This document shows positions 1-10,752 of a stretch of 64,000 nucleotides of DNA, piece after piece (position 1 is the stretch's first letter; the number at the start of each line of letters is the position of its first letter). Below the pieces are notes generated by a model. It was not told where the DNA came from, ran no database searches, and was given only the letters and a program-made list of their open reading frames with translations. Source of the stretch: Candidatus Hermodarchaeota archaeon (GTDB lineage: Archaea > Asgardarchaeota > Lokiarchaeia > Sigyniarchaeales > SOKP01); contig JBHLLP010000016.1 of assembly GCA_048885525.1 (NCBI GenBank), forward strand, positions 1 to 64,000. The letters run 5' to 3'. A program made the translations under genes and the position numbers.

Positions 1-488
1 ATCTTTCTCCAATCAAGTTTAATTTCGCCTTCTTCTTCAATTGTATATTGAGGATTTACATATGATTTAATAACTATTCCAATGATTCCCTCATTACGTT
101 CATAATCAAGGATTTCATGTACTTTACATTCAATATTAACTGGACACTCCCGAATCATTGGAGCAGTTCTTAATTCGCCATAGTAATTATCAAAGAGGGT
201 GCTTTTATCAAAATCTCGTCCAGATTTGCTACCACAGATATTAGTTTTATCTACGAGATCCTCTGAAGGAATATTTATACTAAATGTCATGTTCTCATGA
301 ATTCCGATTGTTGTATAGCGTTTTTTAGATAAACTGAAGAAAACATATTTACCAAAATCAAATGGGCAACTGTAACCAATTACTAGATAATTTGGTTTAT
401 TTTCGACATTTGCTCCAACCAAAATAACGGGCAAAGGACTTAAAAGATTTCCTTCGACAACTTGTTTATTTATATTCTCTCTACTCAT
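1..488 (-). CDS. Flavin reductase/flavoredoxin family protein (3' end outside window)
   Basis: Manual translation from ATG at 488: MSRENINKQVVEGNLLSPLPVILVGANVENKPNYLVIG...FSINIPSEDLVDKTNICGSKSGRDFDK. Paralog of the next ORF; missing from the ORF track because it is truncated. Confidence 0.85.
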   Translation of the reverse strand, partial: MSRENINKQVVEGNLLSPLPVILVGANVENKPNYLVIGYSCPFDFGKYVFFSLSKKRYTTIGIHENMTFSINIPSEDLVDKTNICGSKSGRDFDKSTLFDNYYGELRTAPMIRECPVNIECKVHEILDYERNEGIIGIVIKSYVNPQYTIEEEGEIKLDWRK

Positions 489-518
489 TTTTATTAAAAA
501 AATGTTAACATATTAAAA

Positions 519-1097
519 TTATTTTTTATATTTTTTACCAATCTCAAACGCCGGTGCGAGTTTTTCACCAACTTTCCAATAATTATTGAGTGAGTATGTA
601 TAGGTTTTAAGTTTAGAAATGTCTGGTATCTCATCTGTTAAATATTGCTCATCAGCGTAAGTACTTACTATTTTTCCGATAAAAATTTCATGACCTCCTT
701 GAACCTCTACAATGTCTGATATTTTAAAGGTTTTAACGACTTCACATTCTAAATTTAGTGGTGATAGACTTACCATTGGTGCTGTTTCAAGATCTCCATA
801 AAAAACATCAAATACTTCTGACTTGTCTACTTCATTTCCTGAAACAATACCACAATAATCAATCAATTCTGATAAATCCTCTGAAGGTGTATTAACACTA
901 AAAGTTCTATTTTCCTTAATTCCGATATTTGTATAATGAGTGACCCAAGAAGCTATCGAAATTAATGGGGGGTCATGCTCGACAATACCAACATAAGCGA
1001 GGGTCTCAAAGTTAGGTCTTCCATTCACATTTGCCCCAATAAGAACAACTGGCATAGGAAATAAATAAGCACTGGGAGTAATTTTTTTTTTATTCAT
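519..1097 (-). CDS. Flavin reductase/flavoredoxin family protein
   Basis: PMPVVLIGA, FSVN.PS, CG..SG...DK, PLNLECEV and GHEIFIGKIV motifs. Confidence 0.9.
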   Translation of the reverse strand: MNKKKITPSAYLFPMPVVLIGANVNGRPNFETLAYVGIVEHDPPLISIASWVTHYTNIGIKENRTFSVNTPSEDLSELIDYCGIVSGNEVDKSEVFDVFYGDLETAPMVSLSPLNLECEVVKTFKISDIVEVQGGHEIFIGKIVSTYADEQYLTDEIPDISKLKTYTYSLNNYWKVGEKLAPAFEIGKKYKK

Positions 1098-1318
1098 TAT
1101 ATTTTCCTTTTAAGATCTATACATATGATAGGATTTGATTATATAAATAGGTGAAATTCTTGAACTTTGAATGAACGTTGAACTAATTTAATTATTCTAT
1201 ATTTTCCATTATCTCATCCTTTATCAGAAAAAATAATGCTTTGATAGTGGATTTTAAAAACTTTCCGGGAAAATAAGTATTGACCAAAAATATTATTTTT
1301 AGTCTAAAATTATAAATA

Positions 1319-1990
1319 TTGGATATTGATAAATTATCAATTATTGAGCAAAAACTTAACATGACTGAAACTAATGAATTAATGGTTAATGGAGAGACAA
1401 AGAGAATTTTGTTTCGTTCTATGGAATTGATTATGAATAATATTAAAGCTAACATTGATCATTTAGACAAGAATTTCAAATACACCAGTAAATTCATTGA
1501 ATTAGTATATGATGGTTTGATTAATAAACGTAAATTTTTCTTATTAGCTTCTGGTAGAAGTGCTTTCATATTACAATGCTTTGCAACTCGATTAGTGCAT
1601 TTAGGTGCTGAAGTATATATGGTAACGAATCTAGCAAGTATGCCTGCGTTAGATAAATCTGATATCTTGATTGTACTTTCTGGATCTGGGACTACAGGCA
1701 TAGTAGTTAGCCTTCTTAACAATTATGTAAATACAGTAAAACCATATGGAATTGTAACAATTACTAGCCATCCTGAAACTGTAATTGGACGTATCGGAGA
1801 TATTACTATTAAACTTAAAGGAAGATCAAAACGAGACAAAGCTGTTGGAGACACAGCAGTGCTTGCTCCGGAAGGAACAATGTTTGAAATTGCGGCATTT
1901 TGTTATTTGGACGCTATTATAGCTGAACTAGCAATAAAAATGGGCAAAACAGATAAGGATATGCTACAAAAACATTCGCAAAGCACTTAA
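1319..1990 (+). CDS. hxlB: SIS-domain 6-phospho-3-hexuloisomerase-like protein
   Basis: GRSA..FATRLVHLG, SGSGTT and APEGTMFE motifs; start may be ATG 1361. Confidence 0.8.
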   Translation: MDIDKLSIIEQKLNMTETNELMVNGETKRILFRSMELIMNNIKANIDHLDKNFKYTSKFIELVYDGLINKRKFFLLASGRSAFILQCFATRLVHLGAEVYMVTNLASMPALDKSDILIVLSGSGTTGIVVSLLNNYVNTVKPYGIVTITSHPETVIGRIGDITIKLKGRSKRDKAVGDTAVLAPEGTMFEIAAFCYLDAIIAELAIKMGKTDKDMLQKHSQST

Positions 1991-2245
1991 AATGGAGATT
2001 TTATCATAAGGTAATAATAAGTTGTATTTATTTCATTAATTAAATACTTTTTAACATATTTATAATTACTTTAAACTTATTTTAAGAAAAATTTTCTTAG
2101 CTGTGAAAAATGAAAGAGTTTTATATTATATCAATTAATATTTATTGTGCCCATTTATAGTGTCTTTATGAGATAATTCGATGATTATTGATCTCCAAGT
2201 GGGCACACATATTATCTTAAACTTATCCAATATTTTAACCCAACT

Positions 2246-3115
2246 TTATACTAATAATGCACCAATTCCAGCACAATATTCAGAATACTTTAAAAATATA
2301 GCTTTTTTTTTGTTTACTTTGCATAATAAGGATAAGATTTTCTTCAAAATCTTGTTTTCTTTTAAAAATCCTCCACAAAAGACAATTTTTGTTACATTAT
2401 TATTCTCAGCTACATTGGTAGCAATTGTGCCTAAATTTTCGCCAATAAGACAAATTAAAGAATTAATAAAATCTTCTTTATTTAAAGATTTGATATCAAA
2501 TACCTCATTAATCTTTCCCAATGAAGCTGCAGTGAATTCTCTAAAAAATAAATCAACTCTTTTATCTTCAGGAGAATATATATCAGAAACTTTTAAATCT
2601 ACATTATATCTATTTCCTTTATTTGCAAAATTTAATGCTTTTTGGAAGTCATTCAAATTAAATAGAGCTTTAATTATACCCATAAAAAAACCACCACCGA
2701 GTGCAGAACCACCTAAATGCTTATAACCATTATCATTCAAAACAATTGATGTTCCTGTACCTATAGTTACTATTAACGTTCGGGGTAATTCTTCACTTTT
2801 TTCCCATCTATAGAGAAATTCGATCCCCTTAACATTAGCTTGGAATTCATTTATAAGATTTGCGTTGAAATTTTTTGAATATTCAGTATACAGTTTAAAA
2901 CTTCGTCCTCCTGTAAAATTGAAAATTTTAAACTGTTTTTTCTTTGAACTTAAAAATTCTTTGATAAGTAGGATACTAGTCTGAGTAGGAAAAGAAGATA
3001 AGATTAATTCATTATTTTCTAAATACACAAATTTAGTAAGACTTTGCCCCATATCAATTCCAATTCTATCTGATGGAATTTGAGTAGTATTATTGTTAAA
3101 AGTTATTTTTGACAT
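2246..3115 (-). CDS. coaW: Type II (Fumble/CoaW-like) pantothenate kinase
   Basis: GIDMGQSLTK, FTGG, NEF.AN.KG, TIGTGTS, GGSALGGG, GNR.NVDLKVSDIY and AASLGK motifs; ATG follows AGGAG. Confidence 0.85.
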   Translation of the reverse strand: MSKITFNNNTTQIPSDRIGIDMGQSLTKFVYLENNELILSSFPTQTSILLIKEFLSSKKKQFKIFNFTGGRSFKLYTEYSKNFNANLINEFQANVKGIEFLYRWEKSEELPRTLIVTIGTGTSIVLNDNGYKHLGGSALGGGFFMGIIKALFNLNDFQKALNFANKGNRYNVDLKVSDIYSPEDKRVDLFFREFTAASLGKINEVFDIKSLNKEDFINSLICLIGENLGTIATNVAENNNVTKIVFCGGFLKENKILKKILSLLCKVNKKKAIFLKYSEYCAGIGALLV

Positions 3116-3198
3116 TCTCCTTATCACTTAACTTAAAATTCAATACGTTCATTATTTTATATTATTAATTTAATAAATGAATTTTGTAAAACTTTTTT

Positions 3199-4671
3199 AT
3201 GCTAAGTCAATTAAAATCGAAGAAAACTGAAGTCGCCATTAGTAAAGGTGATACTCCAAAAGAAAGTTTGATAAAAGGAATTGAAAAACTTGGAGGAATT
3301 TCTAAATTTATTGATGATGGTGACCAAATTTTTATAAAATTCAATTTAAATTTACCTGGGGGTTTTCCTACAAACACTAATAATGAAGTGTTAGAAGAAC
3401 TTATTAAAACTTGTAAAGAGGCAGGAGCTAGTAAAATCTATTTAGGTAGCTTTCCTGTTAAAGACATTCCAATAAAAATTGTTTCAGATTTATTAGAATT
3501 GGATGATTATTTTAAATCTTTAGGAGCAGAGTTAGCATTTTTAGATAATAGTAATTATTATGATAGGAAAGATATTGGCATAGATCAGTTGAAGCAAATT
3601 AAGAGAAATTCATTTACTAATATTAAAGTAAATGGGAATGAATATCCTGTGCCAAATGCCATCCTTAATTCAAATAAATATATAATTGTTAATCAGGTAA
3701 ATGTAAATCCATTATTCAAATTCAATCTATCTTTATTAAATTCATATTCCATTATCCCTTCAAAATATCAAGAAATTAGAAATAAGGAAGAAAAGGGTAT
3801 TGACTATATTTCCTTAGATCAATACAAAAAAGATTTAATTTCAAGTATTTTAGATGTTTTTACAGTTAAGAAACCTAACTTAGTGATTAATGATTTATTT
3901 TACATATTAGAAAGCGCTGGCCCATTTATTTATAGCGATTCCAATGTAAAAAAAACTAATTTAATGATTATGGGAGAAGAAGCGATTGCGGTCGATATTA
4001 TTACATTAAAAACTTTAAACCTTGAAGTTAATGACAACGAGTTAATAAAGCAAGCACAAAACAAAATTTCTAGTATATCTAATATCTCAAACATTAAAGT
4101 ACTTGGAGAAAATCTAAATGATATTAAAACTAACGTTGAATTATGTGTTTCTAAACTTGAAAATGTCAAAATACAAAATTTTTCCATAAAATCGGGTAAA
4201 TTTTGTTCTGGATGTTTCAAAATGGCTTATCATTTATTAAATTTCATGAAAACTTATATGTTAAAGGATTTGAAATATAACCCTAATAATTCTTTATTAG
4301 TTGGTGAAAATCCGTTAGAACCAGAAAAAATTAATCATGTTATTCTATTAGGAGATTGTGCTATAAAAAGCACAAAAAACTATAAATTTAGAAAAATAAT
4401 AATTGAGAAAAAAAAAGATATTACAAAGGGAAAAAAAAGAAAGGTTTCAAAAGAATCCAAGTTAAAAAAAAAACCTAAAATCAAAGAAAAACCAAACAAA
4501 AATATTTTAGAATTACCTGGGTGTCCTCCTGATATTTTCAATTGTTTAAAATTAATATTAAAATACTATGGAAAGAAAAATGTTCCCAATTTAAACTTAC
4601 TTATAAAAGTAAACGATTTTTGGATAAATGGGAAATTGAATGAGAAATTAAAGGATTGGGAGGCGCTCTAG
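3199..4671 (+). CDS. DUF362 family Fe-S protein
   Basis: DUF362-type N-terminus (IEKLGGISKFI..GD.IFIKFN); CSGC, GDCA and LPGCPP motifs. Confidence 0.75.
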   Translation: MLSQLKSKKTEVAISKGDTPKESLIKGIEKLGGISKFIDDGDQIFIKFNLNLPGGFPTNTNNEVLEELIKTCKEAGASKIYLGSFPVKDIPIKIVSDLLELDDYFKSLGAELAFLDNSNYYDRKDIGIDQLKQIKRNSFTNIKVNGNEYPVPNAILNSNKYIIVNQVNVNPLFKFNLSLLNSYSIIPSKYQEIRNKEEKGIDYISLDQYKKDLISSILDVFTVKKPNLVINDLFYILESAGPFIYSDSNVKKTNLMIMGEEAIAVDIITLKTLNLEVNDNELIKQAQNKISSISNISNIKVLGENLNDIKTNVELCVSKLENVKIQNFSIKSGKFCSGCFKMAYHLLNFMKTYMLKDLKYNPNNSLLVGENPLEPEKINHVILLGDCAIKSTKNYKFRKIIIEKKKDITKGKKRKVSKESKLKKKPKIKEKPNKNILELPGCPPDIFNCLKLILKYYGKKNVPNLNLLIKVNDFWINGKLNEKLKDWEAL

Positions 4672-4674
4672 TGA

Positions 4675-6258
4675 ATGTTTAACAAAAAATTCAAGGAAAA
4701 CTGGTTAAAAATATTAAGCTTCAATAAAAATCGAGATATATTGGAAGATCCAGAAAAAGCTAAGGAGCTTGTGAGAATACCATTAAGTCCTATAGAGTTA
4801 GATGCAAATATTTTATTCCACTTTTTTAGTCTTTTATATCCTAAATTCATAAATGACCAACAAAATATTCTTGATATTATTATAACTGAGACTGATAAAA
4901 AAAATAAAATATTAGGGTTGTATTTGTATAAAACTAAAAAAGCGGGGATTCATGAGACTGTAGAATCTTTACCTGAGGATCTATTTCGGATTAAAAGTTT
5001 TGAAATTGAAAAGTTTGAGGATATATTTAGTAAAGCCCAAACCGTAATAATGAAAGAAAAAGGTATACAAATTTCATCCATTCGGTTATTTAAGAAAGAA
5101 GCGATTGATATAGTTAATAAACATTGCGAAAAAGTTGAGGAAATCTCCCTTTATGAGTTTTTGAGTCGAATTATGGATTTAATACAAAAAATTTTCGAAA
5201 AAGATTTATTTTTAATCTATCCTGAGCCCCTCGTATTTGAATTTTTTAGGAGAGCTATAAAACTATTAAATAAAATGAGACTTCAAAATGTATATAAATT
5301 CATTGAAGCATTATTACCTGAATTTAATATTTCTCTACTAATAGGTTTAAATAACACAAAAATAATTTTACTTTTACAAAAAACAGTTTTAAAATCTGGG
5401 AAATCAGAGTTATTATTAAAATTCTTTACATTGCAAGAATTAGGGATAAAACCCGATGAATTAAAGATAAAATTAAATTTAAATTCAATCCAGCAAAAAT
5501 TAAAAACTGAGAGAGCATACAATCTAAACCAGAATGACATAGTTTCTTTCGTTTTAGATTTTTTCGAGTTCTTACTTCCTATAACAAAAGAAAAATTTAA
5601 ATTTTTACTTCAAAAAGCTCTTTTTATTTACCGTGATTTTGAGAATCACTGGGATATGGTTCCCAGACCTGTTATTTATAATAACCTGGTAAGATTTTTA
5701 GTCCGTCTTTTTGGATTTAATTTAAATCTTAAGAAAATCTCTCACTGGGCAATACCAGAATTAATCTTTAATTATATTGATTTTTATTTTGGATTAAATT
5801 CTAAAATCTTAATTATTATTACAGATCTAAGAAGAACTAAATTGATTAGAGGATCTCAAGATAAACTTTTAAAGAACACATGTAAACACACATTAATATT
5901 AGAATTCGAAGAGTGTACATTGAAAAAAATGAGCTTAATTAACAAAGAAGAATTGTTTTCTGCATCTAATTCCAATTCATTTTCTTCTATTCGGAATGTA
6001 ATATCAGAAAAATTTGGAACCATTTCAAGTATTATGACTATTGATATGTTTTTACTTAAGAATATAATCAAAAATTTCATTTTCAACCACTCAAAATTAT
6101 CTTTTTTCCCTCGTTTCAAAACATTAAAGTTATTGAGGAATGAGAATTATTTTAGAATTTTTCCTGAGGTTCCTTTCTATAAATTAATTAAAAGTAAGAA
6201 GCTAATCTCGCAATTTAAACTTCTACTACCAATTCTGATTGATAGATTTGAATTTTAA
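4675..6258 (+). CDS. Hypothetical protein
   Basis: 527-aa ORF starting 3 nt after the DUF362 gene; no recognised motif. Confidence 0.7.
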   Translation: MFNKKFKENWLKILSFNKNRDILEDPEKAKELVRIPLSPIELDANILFHFFSLLYPKFINDQQNILDIIITETDKKNKILGLYLYKTKKAGIHETVESLPEDLFRIKSFEIEKFEDIFSKAQTVIMKEKGIQISSIRLFKKEAIDIVNKHCEKVEEISLYEFLSRIMDLIQKIFEKDLFLIYPEPLVFEFFRRAIKLLNKMRLQNVYKFIEALLPEFNISLLIGLNNTKIILLLQKTVLKSGKSELLLKFFTLQELGIKPDELKIKLNLNSIQQKLKTERAYNLNQNDIVSFVLDFFEFLLPITKEKFKFLLQKALFIYRDFENHWDMVPRPVIYNNLVRFLVRLFGFNLNLKKISHWAIPELIFNYIDFYFGLNSKILIIITDLRRTKLIRGSQDKLLKNTCKHTLILEFEECTLKKMSLINKEELFSASNSNSFSSIRNVISEKFGTISSIMTIDMFLLKNIIKNFIFNHSKLSFFPRFKTLKLLRNENYFRIFPEVPFYKLIKSKKLISQFKLLLPILIDRFEF

Positions 6259-6300
6259 GAGGTTTAGAAAATACTTTAAAAAAACAACTAATTTATACTT

Positions 6301-7389
6301 CTATTTAATAAATCCTTTAGATACTAATAATTCTGCATTCAAAATAGCTCCCCCTGCAGCGCCTCTTACTGTATTATGACTTAATGATACAAATTTATAA
6401 TCAAAGACGTTATCCTCTCTAAGTCTGCCTATTGATACAGCCATTCCTTTATCATTATCCCTATCCTTCTTTGGTTGCGGTCTATCAATAGTCTCTAAAT
6501 ATATTATTGGTTGTTTTGGAGCAAATGGTAATTCTAATTCCTGAGGTAATGATTTGAAATTTTTCCATATTTTAATAATTTCATCTTTTTCAGGTATATC
6601 TTCTTTGAATTTCATATTAACTGATGCAGTATGGCCATCAATTACAGGGACTCTAGTACAAGTTGCACTAATTTGAATTGAATCGTAATTAATGATACCT
6701 TCTTCGCCAACTTTTCCTAAAATTTTTAAAGGTTCTCTTTCTGTTTTTTCTTCTTCTCCATTAATAAATGGAACAATATTATCGATTATATCCATAGATG
6801 ATACTCCTGGAAGTCCTGCCCCGGAAACTGCTTGAAGCGTAGTAATTATCAATTTTTCTAATTTATATCCTGCTTTTTCTAACGCATAAATTGGGGTAAG
6901 ATAACTTTGGAGTGAGCAATTAGGTTTCACTACAACGAATCCATTTTGAAATCCCCTTCGTTTTTGCTGGATTGGAATCACTCTTATATGATCATGGTTA
7001 ATTTCTCCAATAATCATAGGTACATCAGGAGTCCACCTATGTGCTGAATTATTTGAGATAACTGGGATCCCTTTCTCTGCATATTTAAATTCAAGACTTT
7101 TTAATTCATTTTTATTAGGAAGAGTAATTGCAGAAAACACAAAATCCACCTCAGTACTTAATGAATCAAAATCTTGAGCGTCTCTAACGATTATATCTTG
7201 TAAGTTATGAGGAATAGAGAATGCCATTTGCCATTTTTCTTTAACGGCTACTTCATAAGATTTTCCAGCTGATCTTGGAGAAGCTGCAACATCTATAATT
7301 TCAAACCATGGATGGTTATGCAATAATTTAATGTAATTTTGACCTACAATTCCAGTTGCTCCTAATATCCCTACTTTAAACTTTTTCAT
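6301..7389 (-). CDS. asd: Aspartate-semialdehyde dehydrogenase
   Basis: GILGATGIVG, NNSAHR, KPNCS, QAVSGAG, RVPVIDGH and HNTVRGAAG motifs. Confidence 0.97.
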   Translation of the reverse strand: MKKFKVGILGATGIVGQNYIKLLHNHPWFEIIDVAASPRSAGKSYEVAVKEKWQMAFSIPHNLQDIIVRDAQDFDSLSTEVDFVFSAITLPNKNELKSLEFKYAEKGIPVISNNSAHRWTPDVPMIIGEINHDHIRVIPIQQKRRGFQNGFVVVKPNCSLQSYLTPIYALEKAGYKLEKLIITTLQAVSGAGLPGVSSMDIIDNIVPFINGEEEKTEREPLKILGKVGEEGIINYDSIQISATCTRVPVIDGHTASVNMKFKEDIPEKDEIIKIWKNFKSLPQELELPFAPKQPIIYLETIDRPQPKKDRDNDKGMAVSIGRLREDNVFDYKFVSLSHNTVRGAAGGAILNAELLVSKGFIK

Positions 7390-7517
7390 AATAAACTCTA
7401 TTCTTAATTATATTTAATATAGATTTAAAATGTTTTCTACTTAAATTTCAAACTTTATTTATTTTTTAGTAACTTTAATTTTTATTTATTCTTAAGTAAA
7501 TATTTTAAAATAGATCC

Positions 7518-8963
7518 TTATACAAGTCTTTCTCGTCTCCAATCAGCATTGTCACTAGTTTTTAAGTACCATCTTAATAATTTTTCTTTTAATTCTGTTT
7601 TAACTTTTGTATGGTTAGATGAATCAATTAAATTGTTGAGTTCTTTTGAGTCATTCTTTAAATCATAAAGTTCTTCTTTTCCAATATCCCTAATAATTAG
7701 TTTCCATGAAGTCGTCCTTATCATAGCAGCTCGTGCTACTGTGGAGGGATTATCTTTAGGGATATTTGTCTTATCAAAATAAATTCCCCATCCAAAAGCA
7801 TCAGGATCTTTTATTACTGGCTCAAAACATTGTGGTTCACGAACATTATAGCCTCCTTCAGCAAACACAGCATCTCTATGAACTTTTGTTTCACCATTTA
7901 AAAGTGGTATTAAATTTTGTCCAAAATGCGTGTATTTTGTTTCTATTTCAGCTAATTCCATAATTGTAGGAAAAATATCTATTGATTCAATCAATTGATC
8001 AAATATTTTGTTAGTTATCTGGATCTTTGGTATTTTTACGACTAGTGGAATATTAATAAGACAGTCTTGAAAGGCATTTGGCCATTTTTCTGATAATCCA
8101 TAATTTCCCGCGTAATCTCCATGATCAGAAAAAAAGAAAATTGCACTATTATCATATTCCCCAATTTCTTTAAGTTTATTAATTATTTTTCCTAATTGAT
8201 AATCTAACCTTGTAATCATCCCATAATACGTTGCGATAATTTCTCTAAAGTCATCTTCATTTAATTTATCTAATTTATATCGCTTATGTATTAATTGCAT
8301 AAATTTGGGCTTATCATCTAAATTTGCAGGAATTGGTGAGGGTATTTGATCTCTTTTGTACATTGAGAAATAAGGTTCCTCAATAGTATATGGGGGGTGA
8401 GGAAAATTAAATCCAATAAATAAACAAAAGGGTCTTTTTGGTAATGTTCCTATATATTCTATAGCTTTTTTCGTTATAAAGTAGTCGATATCTTTTGCTT
8501 GTTCTTGAGTTCTTTCTCCATAGTAAAACGACTTTCTTAAAGAATGTGTTTTAGGAAAAGGATTTGTTTTCCATTTACGAGATAATTTAATAGGTATTCT
8601 TTGGGAAACACTTACTTCAAAAGCATCCTTGGAAAATGCATCATTTCTTCCAATGTAAATCACTTCATATCCTTTATCCTTGAGAAATTTAAAAAGATTT
8701 TCTTCATGAGTTTTTAATAGTTGATACAAGCTTCTATGTCCACTAGAATGGGCATATTGTCCTGTAAATACAGCAATCCGCGAAGGGACACATACGGGGT
8801 TTACAGTGAAACAATTCGTGAATGCAAATCCATCTTTAGCGAGATTATCTATATTTGGTGTTTTTATGACATGATTCCTTTTTCCTCCTAATGAAACACA
8901 ATCTCCACGCATTTCATCAGCTACAAAAATGATAATGTTAGGAATTCGTTCTATTTTTTCCAT
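7518..8963 (-). CDS. Sulfatase (choline-sulfatase/arylsulfatase-like)
   Basis: CVPSR formylglycine motif, PHPPY, SDHGD, ELYDL..D..E..NL. Confidence 0.92.
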   Translation of the reverse strand: MEKIERIPNIIIFVADEMRGDCVSLGGKRNHVIKTPNIDNLAKDGFAFTNCFTVNPVCVPSRIAVFTGQYAHSSGHRSLYQLLKTHEENLFKFLKDKGYEVIYIGRNDAFSKDAFEVSVSQRIPIKLSRKWKTNPFPKTHSLRKSFYYGERTQEQAKDIDYFITKKAIEYIGTLPKRPFCLFIGFNFPHPPYTIEEPYFSMYKRDQIPSPIPANLDDKPKFMQLIHKRYKLDKLNEDDFREIIATYYGMITRLDYQLGKIINKLKEIGEYDNSAIFFFSDHGDYAGNYGLSEKWPNAFQDCLINIPLVVKIPKIQITNKIFDQLIESIDIFPTIMELAEIETKYTHFGQNLIPLLNGETKVHRDAVFAEGGYNVREPQCFEPVIKDPDAFGWGIYFDKTNIPKDNPSTVARAAMIRTTSWKLIIRDIGKEELYDLKNDSKELNNLIDSSNHTKVKTELKEKLLRWYLKTSDNADWRRERLV

Positions 8964-9093
8964 AATTACCTTCTCAAAAAATCTAAATTTGATAAATTTT
9001 TATTTTTTAAAATCTTAAAGTAAATTGAAATCATGAACTTATTTGAGAAAATATAGTATTATAAATTATTATTATTATTATTATATGATATAT

Positions 9094-9624
9094 ATGCCGG
9101 GACCTTTTGATGAACTAGAAAAAGAAGCAGAAAACTTAGAGAAACAGTCAAGGGAAGAGTTTATTAAGAAAAATTTTGTTTTAGCAATTACATTATTAGA
9201 ACAAGCAAAAGAATTATATTCAAAATTAAGTTATCAAGGTAAGATTGGAATGATTAATAAACGAATAGCACAGTTGAAAAACCTAGTCAAATTTGAGAAG
9301 CATGATACACCGATGATGACAAAAAGTGAAATAGATTTTCAAAAACGTGTCGATAAAGTCATAAAAGAAAAAGAACGATATAGCGAAAAAAAGCAGGCAG
9401 AAGCAAGAATTCCATCTCCAGAAATAAAAAAACAACTTGAAAAGATCAATTTAATAGTTGAAAAAGCCGATAAAGAAGAGAAATTAGGTAAATATCAAAG
9501 GGTACTAGGTCGATATGAATATCTTTTAGAATTATATAAATCTATCCCAAAAGACGTAAAGAATTTCTCTAAAGAAATTTATGAACTTGAGAAAAAAATC
9601 GCAGTTTTGCATGAAAAGATCTAA
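9094..9624 (+). CDS. Helical-repeat (TPR/MIT-like) hypothetical protein
   Basis: Two A..(E)..(G).Y/F..A...LE/YE helical hairpin units; start moved to ATG 9094. Confidence 0.6.
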   Translation: MPGPFDELEKEAENLEKQSREEFIKKNFVLAITLLEQAKELYSKLSYQGKIGMINKRIAQLKNLVKFEKHDTPMMTKSEIDFQKRVDKVIKEKERYSEKKQAEARIPSPEIKKQLEKINLIVEKADKEEKLGKYQRVLGRYEYLLELYKSIPKDVKNFSKEIYELEKKIAVLHEKI

Positions 9625-9672
9625 ATAAATTTGCCTTTCTTTATCCTAAAATAATATAAATATTGAACCTTT

Positions 9673-10704
9673 ATGAAAAATCCCTTTGATGAGTTCTATC
9701 ATGTTCCAAATTCAAAAGAACTATTAGATAGTGCTTTTAAAAGAAGTATGAAGAGTTCTGCTCAAGTTTCAAAAAACGCTCCTATACTTATCAAGGCAAA
9801 AAAGAAAGAATCCAAGCGTATAAAAGTTGCGATTGAAGAACTCATAAACAGAATTCTAAAAATAATTAAAATGGTTCCGATGATTGATGATCTACCAGAT
9901 TTTTATAGAGAATTGGCGTCTATTTTAGTCAATATTGATGAATTAAAATTAACCTTAGGTAAGTTAAATGGAATTTTACCTGTTCTTAGTAAAATTGAAA
10001 GGGAACACCTAAATAAAGTGAACAGGATAGAGACTCCTAAAGAGGGTGACCAATTAAGAAGAGCTGCTTTTGGAAGGATTTCATCTATTATTAATAAACA
10101 AAATGAGAATCTTGAATATTTAAATAAGATTAGAGGAAGCTTGAGAGAAATACCTTCAATTGATTACACGATGCCCTGCATAGTTGTTGCAGGATATCCA
10201 AATGTGGGGAAGAGCAGCATTGTAAAGAATATCTCTACAAATAAAAAGATTGAAGTTAAAGAATATCCTTTTACAACAAAAAAATTGAATATGGGTCATT
10301 TAGAAATTGAAAAACGTTTTCAAAAAATTAAGATACAATGTTTAGATACTCCCGGAATTTTAGATCGCCCTATGATCGAAAGAAACAAAATAGAATTACA
10401 AGCTATATTAGCATTAAGATTGATATCTGATTTAATTCTTTTTGTGTTTGATCCAACTCCTGCTTCTGGATATAATGTTGAATCCCAAATTGAACTATTC
10501 AATGAAATAAAATATAATTTTTCTAAAGGAGGGCAAATAGAAATTATCATTATATTTAATAAAATAGATTTAGCTAAAGATTCAGAAATTCAATATTTAA
10601 AGGATAAATTAGATCTTAAAGATAATGAATTTTATTTAACTAATGCCCAAACAGGAGAAAATCTAGATAAATTGATTAAGGATCTAAAAAATCGCTACAT
10701 TTAG
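9673..10704 (+). CDS. nog1: NOG1-family ribosome biogenesis GTPase
   Basis: GYPNVGKSS, YPFTT, DTPGILDRP and NKID motifs; N-terminal helical domain. Confidence 0.93.
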   Translation: MKNPFDEFYHVPNSKELLDSAFKRSMKSSAQVSKNAPILIKAKKKESKRIKVAIEELINRILKIIKMVPMIDDLPDFYRELASILVNIDELKLTLGKLNGILPVLSKIEREHLNKVNRIETPKEGDQLRRAAFGRISSIINKQNENLEYLNKIRGSLREIPSIDYTMPCIVVAGYPNVGKSSIVKNISTNKKIEVKEYPFTTKKLNMGHLEIEKRFQKIKIQCLDTPGILDRPMIERNKIELQAILALRLISDLILFVFDPTPASGYNVESQIELFNEIKYNFSKGGQIEIIIIFNKIDLAKDSEIQYLKDKLDLKDNEFYLTNAQTGENLDKLIKDLKNRYI

Positions 10705-10752
10705 AAATTTAATATCAATAAGGAAAGTTAATATTTATAAATCAATAAAAAG

